Assembly: GCA_965223425.1 (NCBI GenBank)
Contig: OZ245003.1
Span: 1,056,001 to 1,120,000, forward strand
Origin: Nitrosopumilus sp.
GTDB taxonomy: Archaea; Thermoproteota; Nitrososphaeria; Nitrososphaerales; Nitrosopumilaceae
DNA length: 64,000 nt
Direction of reading: 5' to 3'
In this document: positions 41,821 to 50,962 of the stretch, piece by piece
Numbering within the stretch: position 1 is the first letter of the stretch
How the letters are laid out: each line of letters begins with the position of its first letter
Program-made: the position numbers and the translations under genes
The notes under the pieces: model-generated
The model's input: the letters and a program-made list of their open reading frames with translations, nothing else
Database searches by the model: none
What the model was told of the DNA's origin: nothing

Positions 41821-42835
41821 TCAAAAGTTCTTGAGGCGGATAGACCTTCTGCATATGAACTTCATCACATCCAGTCCCGGTAGAACTAGTGCGTCTTACA
41901 TCTCCCAAAGTTTATGCCATACCGGAGATACGACACAAAGATGATATCAAAATTCTTGATCGCATATACAGAAGCCACGGATGTGTGCAGAACGGCTTGG
42001 ATAATGGGAAATATACGATTGGATTCATACGAGAGTTTGATAGGGATAATGATAGCAATTTGTTTAGACAGGACGGCAAGGGATGGTCATTAGTGGAAGG
42101 CAAAAACTTTCATCAGTTTATTCCAGATTATTTGCAATCAGAGTTTACCATATTATCAAAAGAAGGACTAGATAAAACAAAAACGAAGAAAGATTATGAA
42201 AATAAAACCCAAGATATACATGATCATGCGATACCTGTGTTTAGAAAAGTAGCAAGCTCTACAAATATACGAACCATGATATCATGCATAATTCCACCAC
42301 ATAGATTTTTTTCAGATAGTTGTCCGGTATTAACTCTAACATGCAATAATAGAATAATTCTCGGAAAAGAATATGGCCAGAAAATTCTTTACCTTGCAGC
42401 CGATTCAATTCCATGACTTTTGACTACTTGATACGACTTCGTGCCAATATGAATTTGAACTTCTTCATAGTGAATAGTATTGCAATCCCAAGCAATACAG
42501 ATTCACCGTTGGCGCAACAAATAATCAATCTTTCAGGTATGCTTACTATGCAAGATGAGGATTTTGCAAAGATGACAAAAGATCTTGGATGCAAAACAAA
42601 GAAATTGAATATGCGTCAACGGATAAGAATAACCGCAGAGCTAGACGCTCTTGCAGCACATCATTATGGCCTTGATAGGAAACAGTACGAATACATTGTA
42701 CAGACCTTTGGTCAGAATCAACACGGTGGCAATCTTGACGATGCGTCAGAATGGAACGACGACACTATACGTATCTTCAATCATGAGGTGAGGAAGCAGG
42801 TTATGAAATTTTATGATACACAAACATCAATGTAA
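41820..42835 (+). pseudogene. C-terminal remnant of a type IIG/Eco57I-like restriction-modification enzyme
   Basis: SPKVYAIPEIR, EGKNFHQF, FRKVASSTNIRTMIS, FDYLIR, AELDALAAHHYGL; frameshifted, no N-terminus. Confidence 0.7.
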
Positions 42836-42847
42836 ATGCAGTGTATA

Positions 42848-43956
42848 TAGTGTCAATCAAAAGTTTTTGAGAGTGAGCGACCTTCTACAGATAAACTTCA
42901 TCGCATCAAGCTTGGGACGGGCTGTCCTGAAATATTCTGACATTGCATGGCGCATGTGCACAACCGTAGCGTAATATTCAGATACCGACACGTCCCGTTT
43001 TGCCTGATGCCAGTACTCCTCAACTACACTGAGCTCAGGCGTTGCAGTCGGAAGCCATATTGTCCTGACATCGGGGTTGCCTGCAAGAAACTCTTTTACA
43101 ATCCTTGCCTTGTGCTGCGGCGCGTTGTCCATGATGATTGTCACCTTGCCAAAATGACTTGTCATCTCCCTGATGTATTGCAGAACCGTCTCCTTGTCAA
43201 ACCTGTCATATGTCCTAAAGAACTGCCTGCCGTCTGTCGCAATGGAGCCGTATGCCACCACCCTCCTGCCGTACCGTCCCTTGTATGTCGTTGTGATTGG
43301 CTCCCCTTTTGGTGACCAGTACTTTGCGCCACTTGCAGGATCGTCGATGAATATCGATTCGTCAAAAACGACAGTTGTAAAACCCTTCAATTCCAGGCGT
43401 GAAATCCGCCTTTTTGCATTGTGTTGCCACCTTTTGATTTTGTCAATTTCTGCCCTGCTGATGTGGATGCGCTGAGCCGTCTTGGCAGACATTCCAAGCT
43501 TGTGCATTATCTTTCTGATGCTGGTTATGTGGTATTTTACTTTGAATCTTTTTTGTATGTCGCTTTTGAGTCTTTTTGGCGTAATAATGCCGCTGCTGTT
43601 TGCATCTGATACAACCCTTGCAATCTTGTCCAACCGAACCTTTGGCGGCCTGCCTGTCTTTGGAAGATCCCGGAGGGCGTCTATGCCGCCCTTCTCCTCC
43701 TTGAAGCGTTCCACCCAGAAGGACACCCAGTTGGGGCACTGCATGAGCGAGTCTGCCACATGTTGAATGCTTTCATTGTTCATGCATACCATGTTTACGG
43801 CCGCCATTCTGATCTTGACACGAGGGTTCTTCTCCCTCTTGTACGCTTTCTTCAGGTCTTCGGATTTTACTGTGGGCATTGTAATGCGTGGTGCGGCGTG
43901 ATCAAAATGTATTTCTGTCTAACATATTTGATCTCAAGAACTTTTGCTCTAGACTA
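42848..43956 (-). mobile_element. IS630-family element (type c); transposase 42857..43879
   Basis: TIR TAGTGTCAATCAAAAGTTTTTGAGA / TAGTCTAGAGCAAAAGTTCTTGAGA; TA..TA outside the TAGT/ACTA ends; FDES, MDNAPQH, PELSVVE. Confidence 0.92.
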
Positions 43957-43972
43957 TAGTAAACATGCATAT

Positions 43973-44305
43973 TTACAAAAATACGTTTCCCTTTGAATCT
44001 AATGTCATTGTTTGTTTTACGATCAGATCAATTAATCGCTGTCGATTCTTCCATCTTTCTGACAGTTTGGAAGAGTCAAAACTGTGTACACGTATTATTT
44101 GTTTTAATACGATAATACTAAGAGACTCTAACTTCTTTCGTAGTAATACCTCTCCACCCTCGGCAACCAAATCGAACAAGTTGATTTCAGGTTTAGCAAC
44201 CTTGTTTGATTTTTGTTTAGATTGCAAAAAATCGGGATTTCTCTCTATTTCATCTGCCAACGAACGCAAAAGATTTGCCACCTTCTGCTCTACACCTTGA
44301 CTCAT
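43973..44305 (-). CDS. hypothetical protein coupled to ParA
   Basis: 110 aa; ATGA overlap with the parA stop. Confidence 0.7.
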   Translation of the reverse strand: MSQGVEQKVANLLRSLADEIERNPDFLQSKQKSNKVAKPEINLFDLVAEGGEVLLRKKLESLSIIVLKQIIRVHSFDSSKLSERWKNRQRLIDLIVKQTMTLDSKGNVFL

Positions 44306-45162
44306 TTGATCCTCTCCAGAAACTCGTTTGTTAAATTGTCATATATCTCAAACATTTTACCACCACCATACTTTTGTTTTAATGTATTTGATATTGAATT
44401 GGAGTTTACAGCATCTGCGACTTTTACGGTAAGCGGTACAACAGTTTCATAAACCGGTGGATATTCATCGTTTTGCGCCTTGGTTTTCAACATACTCGTA
44501 ATAGTTTTATGTGTATTACTTTGTTTTCTATACATTGAAATTATTATGCCAATAGGTTTAATTTTCAGGTCTCCCTGCTTTGCAAAATCCTTTACTCTGC
44601 CAATTATCTGTGGAATGCCATAGGTTGAAAGTCTATCTGGAATCGTAGGAATGAGATAAAAATCCGATATATACAATCCATTTAGCGTTATTATTCCTAG
44701 ATTTGGTGGGCAGTCAACTAATATGTAATCATACTCTTGCATTATTGGAGATATTGCATTTTTAAGAATAGTGACTGGATTACTCAAGTAAAAGTCACCC
44801 GCAGGGATCGTGGATAGTGAGTCTTGCATTTCTATTAATCCCAAACTGGATGGTAACAAGTCCAAGTTTTTTATTCCTTTGCCTATATTGGAAACTTGTT
44901 TTACTATTGCATTTTTAATGTTAAATTTTGATTTGTTATCAAGTTTGTCTTTGAACAACTGTAGAAGAGTCTCCCCTTTTTCGTTTTTCTTTTCCCATAC
45001 CTCTTCTTTTATTAAAGCTACAGTAGCATTAGTTTGTGGATCAAGATCAATTACAAGGATTTTTTTGTTATGTTGCATACTTAGAAATTCAGCGAGAGCT
45101 ATGGTGGTCTGAGTTTTCCCAACTCCTCCTTTCAAATTAATAGTACTAATTATTCTAACCAA
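44302..45162 (-). CDS. ParA/Soj-family ATPase
   Basis: KGGVGKT, DLDPQTNAT, DCPPNLG. Confidence 0.9.
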   Translation of the reverse strand: MVRIISTINLKGGVGKTQTTIALAEFLSMQHNKKILVIDLDPQTNATVALIKEEVWEKKNEKGETLLQLFKDKLDNKSKFNIKNAIVKQVSNIGKGIKNLDLLPSSLGLIEMQDSLSTIPAGDFYLSNPVTILKNAISPIMQEYDYILVDCPPNLGIITLNGLYISDFYLIPTIPDRLSTYGIPQIIGRVKDFAKQGDLKIKPIGIIISMYRKQSNTHKTITSMLKTKAQNDEYPPVYETVVPLTVKVADAVNSNSISNTLKQKYGGGKMFEIYDNLTNEFLERIK

Positions 45163-45485
45163 TATTTGTGATACAATCTGTTGAAATTTTAACCTTATGT
45201 ATTAGAAATCAATATCGATACAAAACCACGTTATTATGACTTAGATATTGAAGTGTTATATACAACAACATTTTAGAATGGAAATGTTACTTTGCAGGTA
45301 TGAATTCATCTACCCTGCCTAATCAAAAAATTTGATCATCTGATCCATATATTGCCTGCTTGCTACCATTTTCATGGGGTCGTACCCTCATTGATCTGTT
45401 TGCATTTTGTAGCCGATTTGGCCTGAATTAGAGCAGATTTCGCTTAGCTGTTTTTCGATTTACAGTTATTAAAGGGGATTTTATT

Positions 45486-45950
45486 ATGCTCGATATGCCT
45501 AGTCATCAAGATCAAGTGTGGGTGAGACTATGGAAACAAAATGCTCCAGAACTGCGTGAACGTATAGTTGGCTGGCGTAAACAAAATGCCATTACTAGAA
45601 TTGAAAAACCAAGCAGACTACAAAGAGCTAGAAGACTAGGTTACAAAGCAAAACAAGGTATTGTTGTTGTAAGAATGAGAGTTGGAACCGGCGGCATGAG
45701 AAAACAAAGGCCTACTGGTGGAAGACGACCAAAACACCTCGGCGTTACAAGAATCAAGGCTGATGACAATATGAAAACGGTTGCAGAAAGAAGAGTTCTT
45801 GAGAGATATCCAAACATGAAACTTTTGGGTTCTTATTTTATCTACAAAGATGGAAAGCATTATTGGTTTGAAGTTATCTTGGCAGATCCACAGCATCCAA
45901 GAATTGCTCAAGATAAAGAATTAAACAAACGTGTACCCCAAGCTGCCTAA
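45486..45950 (+). CDS. rpl15e: 50S ribosomal protein L15e
   Basis: RARRLGYKAKQG, RRPK, WFEVILADP. Confidence 0.93.
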   Translation: MLDMPSHQDQVWVRLWKQNAPELRERIVGWRKQNAITRIEKPSRLQRARRLGYKAKQGIVVVRMRVGTGGMRKQRPTGGRRPKHLGVTRIKADDNMKTVAERRVLERYPNMKLLGSYFIYKDGKHYWFEVILADPQHPRIAQDKELNKRVPQAA

Positions 45951-46506
45951 ATTGAAACTATCTTTAGCCATTCCATTATTGCTTTTAGTAGCCGCTCCCG
46001 CTTTTGGCCAGTTACTTTCTGATCAAACCGGTCTTGTCAATAGATTTGATGTTGAAACAAGCGGTCATACCTTTGAAGTAAAAATTGTCTCAAATTTTGA
46101 TGTTACAGAACATGAGTTTGATAAAGACAAAAAAAGACTAACAGTTCTCATTTCCAGCAGTCTGGAAAATAACTTGGGTGAAATCATCATGCCTGCTAGT
46201 CTTTTGGGAGGTAATCTCACATTTTACCTTAACGGGGAAGAACATTTCCCCAAAGTAAATTCTAATGCGGAAATTTCTTTTGTCACTCTGAATTTTACAG
46301 GCTCTGGAGATAACAAACTAGAGATATTTGGAACAGTCTACCTTGATGGTTTGACTGACAGGGATGAGATTGAACAAAACATTCGAACAGCTATACAAAA
46401 AGGAGAAACTCTTGATGATTCCTTGGGATTGTGGGCCTTGGTAGGGTCTTTGGTTGTTGTTGCAGCATTTATCATAATGAAGATAAAGAAACGAAAACAT
46501 GGATAA
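45931..46506 (+). CDS. membrane-anchored hypothetical protein
   Basis: signal peptide, C-terminal TM and basic tail. Confidence 0.7.
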   Translation: MYPKLPKLKLSLAIPLLLLVAAPAFGQLLSDQTGLVNRFDVETSGHTFEVKIVSNFDVTEHEFDKDKKRLTVLISSSLENNLGEIIMPASLLGGNLTFYLNGEEHFPKVNSNAEISFVTLNFTGSGDNKLEIFGTVYLDGLTDRDEIEQNIRTAIQKGETLDDSLGLWALVGSLVVVAAFIIMKIKKRKHG

Positions 46507-46579
46507 TCCAAAAATTGCGCTAATTGCTGGGTTTGTTGTTGCAGTTGCTCTATCTGTTGCAGTTGTTTTGATACGATGA
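46499..46579 (+). CDS. putative 26-aa membrane peptide
   Basis: MDNPKIALIAGFVVAVALSVAVVLIR; overlaps the upstream stop and fills the gap. Confidence 0.45.
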   Translation: MDNPKIALIAGFVVAVALSVAVVLIR

Positions 46580-46580
46580 T

Positions 46581-47246
46581 TTAGTCTTCTTTGAGTAATT
46601 TTTGAATCATTGCTTCAGCGTGTCCTGACTGTCCAAATGACACATCCCTGAGAATTCCTTTTCTATCCACCAAAATTGTTGATGGCGTTCCTTGCAGAGA
46701 AAATTTTTCAAATGTTTCAGCTGAAAGCTCTTTTGATTTCATGTAATCTCTGACTCTTTGAATTATCTGATTTCTGTAATCTTCTGGCTGTGAGTCAAAT
46801 TCAGGAATTTGTGGATAGATAAACTGCATAATTTTTTCTTGACTTATCTCTCCTGTGGTTTTTGTTAGGTTATCCATTCCTACCGGAAATGGAATTTTGT
46901 ATGACAGCCTGTTTCCATCCTGCAGCTGTCCGTATGTTGATAGTGCATTTTTTGTCTCTCCAATCACTTCCCCTGTTTCTACAAGCATTTTCAAATTTTC
47001 CAGTGTATTTTTATCAAAATCTTCAAAGGCAGTTGCAATACCCAAAACTCGCACTCCTTCATCTTTGTATTTGTTGTAGATGTTGATTGCCTCTGGAATT
47101 GCATGCATAAAACAGCCCGGGCAGTTAACTTGGAAGACATCCACTAAAACAACATGATCTTTTTCTTGGTCAAAATTAGTTGGAGCGCCTTGTACCCACT
47201 CTGAAACTCCCAAATTTGGTGCCCTTTCACCTACTATTGTACTCAC
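46581..47246 (-). CDS. thioredoxin-like (TlpA/redoxin) protein
   Basis: FQVNCPGC, QGTPSTILVD. Confidence 0.8.
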   Translation of the reverse strand: MSTIVGERAPNLGVSEWVQGAPTNFDQEKDHVVLVDVFQVNCPGCFMHAIPEAINIYNKYKDEGVRVLGIATAFEDFDKNTLENLKMLVETGEVIGETKNALSTYGQLQDGNRLSYKIPFPVGMDNLTKTTGEISQEKIMQFIYPQIPEFDSQPEDYRNQIIQRVRDYMKSKELSAETFEKFSLQGTPSTILVDRKGILRDVSFGQSGHAEAMIQKLLKED

Positions 47247-47304
47247 AACAAATTACCATATTTTTTCCATTAAATACATACCTCAGCTGATTTTGAAATT
47301 TCTA

Positions 47305-47392
47305 CAGCTAAGCGAAGTGATTAAGGAACCACTATCATGTGCAGAACCAAACCGCTGATCTGATCTCAGATTTGAGGCATTTCGCTTAACTG
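47305..47392. mobile_element. probable 88-bp MITE with CAG..CTG ends
   Basis: TIR CAGCTAAGCGAAGTG / CAGTTAAGCGAAATG; a matching lone end ATTTCGCTTAGCTG at 45437-45450; no clear TSD. Confidence 0.55.
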
Positions 47393-47437
47393 ATCTCTCG
47401 AGTAACCTAATATAGGACACAGAAAATTTCAAAACAA

Positions 47438-47926
47438 TTGCAGGCTGTAACTGAGGATAGATTGACGCTTTTTGCTGAAATGGAGGCAAAATATGGGCAA
47501 AAAGATACCAACTATTTTGTCTCTCTTTTAGAACACCCTGATTATGTGATTAGAACAAGAGCTACCTGTATTTTAGTTGATTTTGGTGGAGAAGACAAGA
47601 TTCCATATATTGCTAAAGTTTTAAAAAATGATGAAAATGAATTGGTGCGACATGAGGCTGCATTCTCGCTAGGCCAGATGTGCTATTCTAGTGCAATACC
47701 TCCCCTAACTGATGCAACACTTGATGATCCAAGTATGTTTGTACGACATGAAGCTGCAATTGCTTTAGGCGTTGTCGGTTCAAAAGAAGCAAAAGAGACC
47801 CTAAAAAAAGCATTAAACGATCCTGATAAATCAGTAGTTGAATCAGCAGTCATTGCTTTGTCTAATATTCAATTTATGGAAAAGTTAAGTAAGAACGAAA
47901 AGTTTGCAAAGTTAACAGGTGGATGA
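47438..47926 (+). CDS. HEAT-repeat protein with two His-Glu motifs (DOHH-like)
   Basis: LVRHEAAFSLGQM and FVRHEAAIALG. Confidence 0.75.
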   Translation: MQAVTEDRLTLFAEMEAKYGQKDTNYFVSLLEHPDYVIRTRATCILVDFGGEDKIPYIAKVLKNDENELVRHEAAFSLGQMCYSSAIPPLTDATLDDPSMFVRHEAAIALGVVGSKEAKETLKKALNDPDKSVVESAVIALSNIQFMEKLSKNEKFAKLTGG

Positions 47927-48773
47927 GATGAATTTTTCTTATGGAGTTATTGCTGCAGTTGGTGTCCTTGTTGCAATATCTTTAGGATTGATTGCAGCTG
48001 CTCCCGGTGATGTTATAGAACCAAGACCCGTTCTTGCTAAAGAAATTTCTGTTAATTCTCACATTTTACCTAAAACTGCAATTGTGGGTGATGTTTTACT
48101 TGTTGAAGTTGAATTCAGAGATGATGGCAGAAAAATTGTTGATCATGTAAATTATGATATATCTGCCATGCAAGACGGAAACACAATTCTTTCAGAACCT
48201 GGTTCCCATAGACATTTTGGCATGCATCCAATTCATGAAACTGCTGTGTTGAGTGAATCTTTGCTAGAAATTCAGGTTACTCTGCAAGGTTTAGGCCATG
48301 GTGATGACATCTCTGAACCAAAGGGAATTGTAACTACTATGACTGTTACACCAGAACCAATGGAAGAGGCCATGGAGCCCGAATCAGAACCCGAACCAAT
48401 GGAAGAGGCCATGGAGCCCGAATCAGAACCCGAACCAATGGAAGAGGCCATGGAGCCCGAATCCATGTCTGAATCTACAATATCAGCAATTTCAATTCCC
48501 AAAGGTGTTGGTAGTAGAGGATGTGAAATAACAACATCCTGTTATTCCCCATATGAAATTACTGTGACAGTTGGAACAGCAATCACTTGGAGCAATGATG
48601 ACATCACTGTACACACTGTTACAAGTGGAAAGAAGCTAGTTCACGATGAATTGTTTGATTCTGGTGTAATGATGCCAAAAACATCTTTTGATTTGACATT
48701 TTATGATGCAGGAACTTTTGATTACTTTTGTATAGTCCATCCTTGGATGACTGGAATTGTTAATGTTAACTAA
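47919..48773 (+). CDS. membrane-anchored plastocyanin/cupredoxin protein
   Basis: HTVT and YFCIVHPWM type-1 copper ligands. Confidence 0.85.
   Translation: MDEMNFSYGVIAAVGVLVAISLGLIAAAPGDVIEPRPVLAKEISVNSHILPKTAIVGDVLLVEVEFRDDGRKIVDHVNYDISAMQDGNTILSEPGSHRHFGMHPIHETAVLSESLLEIQVTLQGLGHGDDISEPKGIVTTMTVTPEPMEEAMEPESEPEPMEEAMEPESEPEPMEEAMEPESMSESTISAISIPKGVGSRGCEITTSCYSPYEITVTVGTAITWSNDDITVHTVTSGKKLVHDELFDSGVMMPKTSFDLTFYDAGTFDYFCIVHPWMTGIVNVN
48354..48463 (+). repeat. 39-bp tandem repeat x2.8 (EPMEEAMEPESEP)
   Basis: direct reading. Confidence 0.9.
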
Positions 48774-48892
48774 ACTACAATAGTATCTTAAAAATGTCAA
48801 ACTACACAAATACATCAAAAACAAACAAGTCTATTCTGGAATTGTTTACAGTAGAGTGACCAGAATCTGCTCCAGTTCGTGTTTTTGTATAA

Positions 48893-50962
48893 TTAAATAG
48901 CGATAACTTTACTTCCTTGTTCAGATGATTCAAACTTGTAAATTCTCTCAACAGTTGAATCCTCAAAGATTTCAGCCTCATGTGTGATTATCAAAAACTG
49001 CATTGGTGTTTGTGAATTTGAAATGTTTGATAATTGAGACAACACCCCTACCAGAGATTTTTTCCTCTCAGTATCCAGATGAGTTGTAGGCTCATCAAGT
49101 ATCATTAAATTGAGATTTGACGCTCCAAGAAGACTTGCCATGCCTAGTCTTAAGGCTAATGCAACACTTACTTTTTCTCCTCCACTAAGTGATTCCAATT
49201 CTAATACTTGGTTTTTTGAATAACAAGTAATGGAGATGTCTCTTGTTTTTTCCGTTAGTAAAATTCTCTGAATTTTTGTGTTAAGTAATGTAAGATGTTC
49301 TGAGGCTTTAGCAGAAATTGTATTTAGCGCCCATGATCTAAGACTTGTTGCAACAGGACCATCTCTACTAAACACATTGGTTTGAATTTTATCAAGATTT
49401 GTTACGTATTGTCTTACAACTCTCAGCTTTGGAATTGCATTTTGAATTTCTTTGACTTGCTTTTCCCCATTAGAAATCTTTTCTGAAATTGCGCCTCTCT
49501 GCTGGTCTATGTCAGAAAGTTCCGTCTGTTTCTGTTCTACTAATTTTTTAAGATTTGTAAACTCTTGTTCATTAAACCCCCTAGTCTCCGTCTCTAGTTT
49601 TGAAATATTCTCAAAAATCATTTTTGCATGAGAATCTATCTGCGATATCTCTAGTAGATTCCCGTTAGTTAACGGAATTTTTTGTTTCTTTATCTCTGTG
49701 TCTTCTTGGATTTTCTTTAATTCGTCTTGTGTCCCAATAGAATATGCTCTAAGTGTCGCTTCTGCCCCTTTTGCGTCTTGTAATTTCTCTGAAAACTCTT
49801 TCTTTTTTTGATTGTACACATCTCTTTCTTTTTCTATTAAAACAATTTTTTCTTTTAGTGATGTTATTTCTTGTTTGAGATGCTCTTCTTGAAATAGCGG
49901 GTTTAGTTTCTCAACATCTGAATCACATACAGGGCATTTGTTGTCTTTAAGCTGTAGTTTTGATGCAAGTGACTGTTTTTCTTTTAGCGACGCAGTCTGA
50001 CTTGTCATCGCCTGGATTTTCTTTAATGCATCATCAATTGCCTGTTCTGTTCTTTGGATTTTTGACTCCAAATCCTCTCTTAGGTTAACATGCTCAAAAC
50101 AGCCCTCACAGTCACGTATTTTACGCTCATTTTCGTCAATTTCACGCTGAATTTCATGGACTGCATTTTTTGCATATTCTACAAGTTCTTTTTTTCTTGA
50201 TTCCAGTTGATCGATTTTGTCAATTTTTGGAGTTTCTGTTTCAACTTTTTTTCGCAGTTCATCAACTTTTATTTTTAATTTTTCTTGTTTTGTTTCTAAT
50301 TGCTCTTTCTCAGGTTTTGCATCTTCAATTCCTTTCTGCCATTTTTCTAAATCTCCTGATAAAGTTTCAATATGCGTATCATCATATCCTATTTTTTCTC
50401 TTATATTTTCACGAAATTCTTTGTTTACTGTTTTCATTGATTCTGATGCCACATCAAGCTTGTCAATCCCTATAATCGCATTAAGCAATTCTTTGAATTC
50501 TTTTGGTTTTGCGTTAATTATTGCATTTAACTCCCCCTGCTGAACAATTGATGCTATCTTTAGTTTTTCAAAATCAAGACCGATAGTTTTCTCAACTTCT
50601 TGAGTCATTGATTCGCCAAACTGCTTTCTTTCGCCTGCTGCAATTTCAACGCGTTCATCATCATCGCTTATTTCAGAAAATTTAGCCGCTAGAGTTCCTT
50701 TGCTGTCTATCTTTCTTACAGCTTCGTACTGTTTGCCATTAATCGAAAATCCCACTTTTGCAAATCCTTGATTTGTTCCACGTTTGATCAAGCTCTTGTT
50801 TGATTTTCTTGTATGTCGCCCAAACAACGCAAATGTAATTGCGTCAATTGTACTTGATTTCCCTGCACCATTGTCTCCTACAAAAACAGTGACTCCATTT
50901 TCAAATTCTAGTTTAGTATTTGAGTGTGCCAGAAAATCTCCCAACTCTATTGACGTGATCAT
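48893..50962 (-). CDS. rad50: Rad50 ATPase
   Basis: GDNGAGKS, CPVC zinc hook, LSGGE, LDEPT. Confidence 0.92.
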   Translation of the reverse strand: MITSIELGDFLAHSNTKLEFENGVTVFVGDNGAGKSSTIDAITFALFGRHTRKSNKSLIKRGTNQGFAKVGFSINGKQYEAVRKIDSKGTLAAKFSEISDDDERVEIAAGERKQFGESMTQEVEKTIGLDFEKLKIASIVQQGELNAIINAKPKEFKELLNAIIGIDKLDVASESMKTVNKEFRENIREKIGYDDTHIETLSGDLEKWQKGIEDAKPEKEQLETKQEKLKIKVDELRKKVETETPKIDKIDQLESRKKELVEYAKNAVHEIQREIDENERKIRDCEGCFEHVNLREDLESKIQRTEQAIDDALKKIQAMTSQTASLKEKQSLASKLQLKDNKCPVCDSDVEKLNPLFQEEHLKQEITSLKEKIVLIEKERDVYNQKKKEFSEKLQDAKGAEATLRAYSIGTQDELKKIQEDTEIKKQKIPLTNGNLLEISQIDSHAKMIFENISKLETETRGFNEQEFTNLKKLVEQKQTELSDIDQQRGAISEKISNGEKQVKEIQNAIPKLRVVRQYVTNLDKIQTNVFSRDGPVATSLRSWALNTISAKASEHLTLLNTKIQRILLTEKTRDISITCYSKNQVLELESLSGGEKVSVALALRLGMASLLGASNLNLMILDEPTTHLDTERKKSLVGVLSQLSNISNSQTPMQFLIITHEAEIFEDSTVERIYKFESSEQGSKVIAI

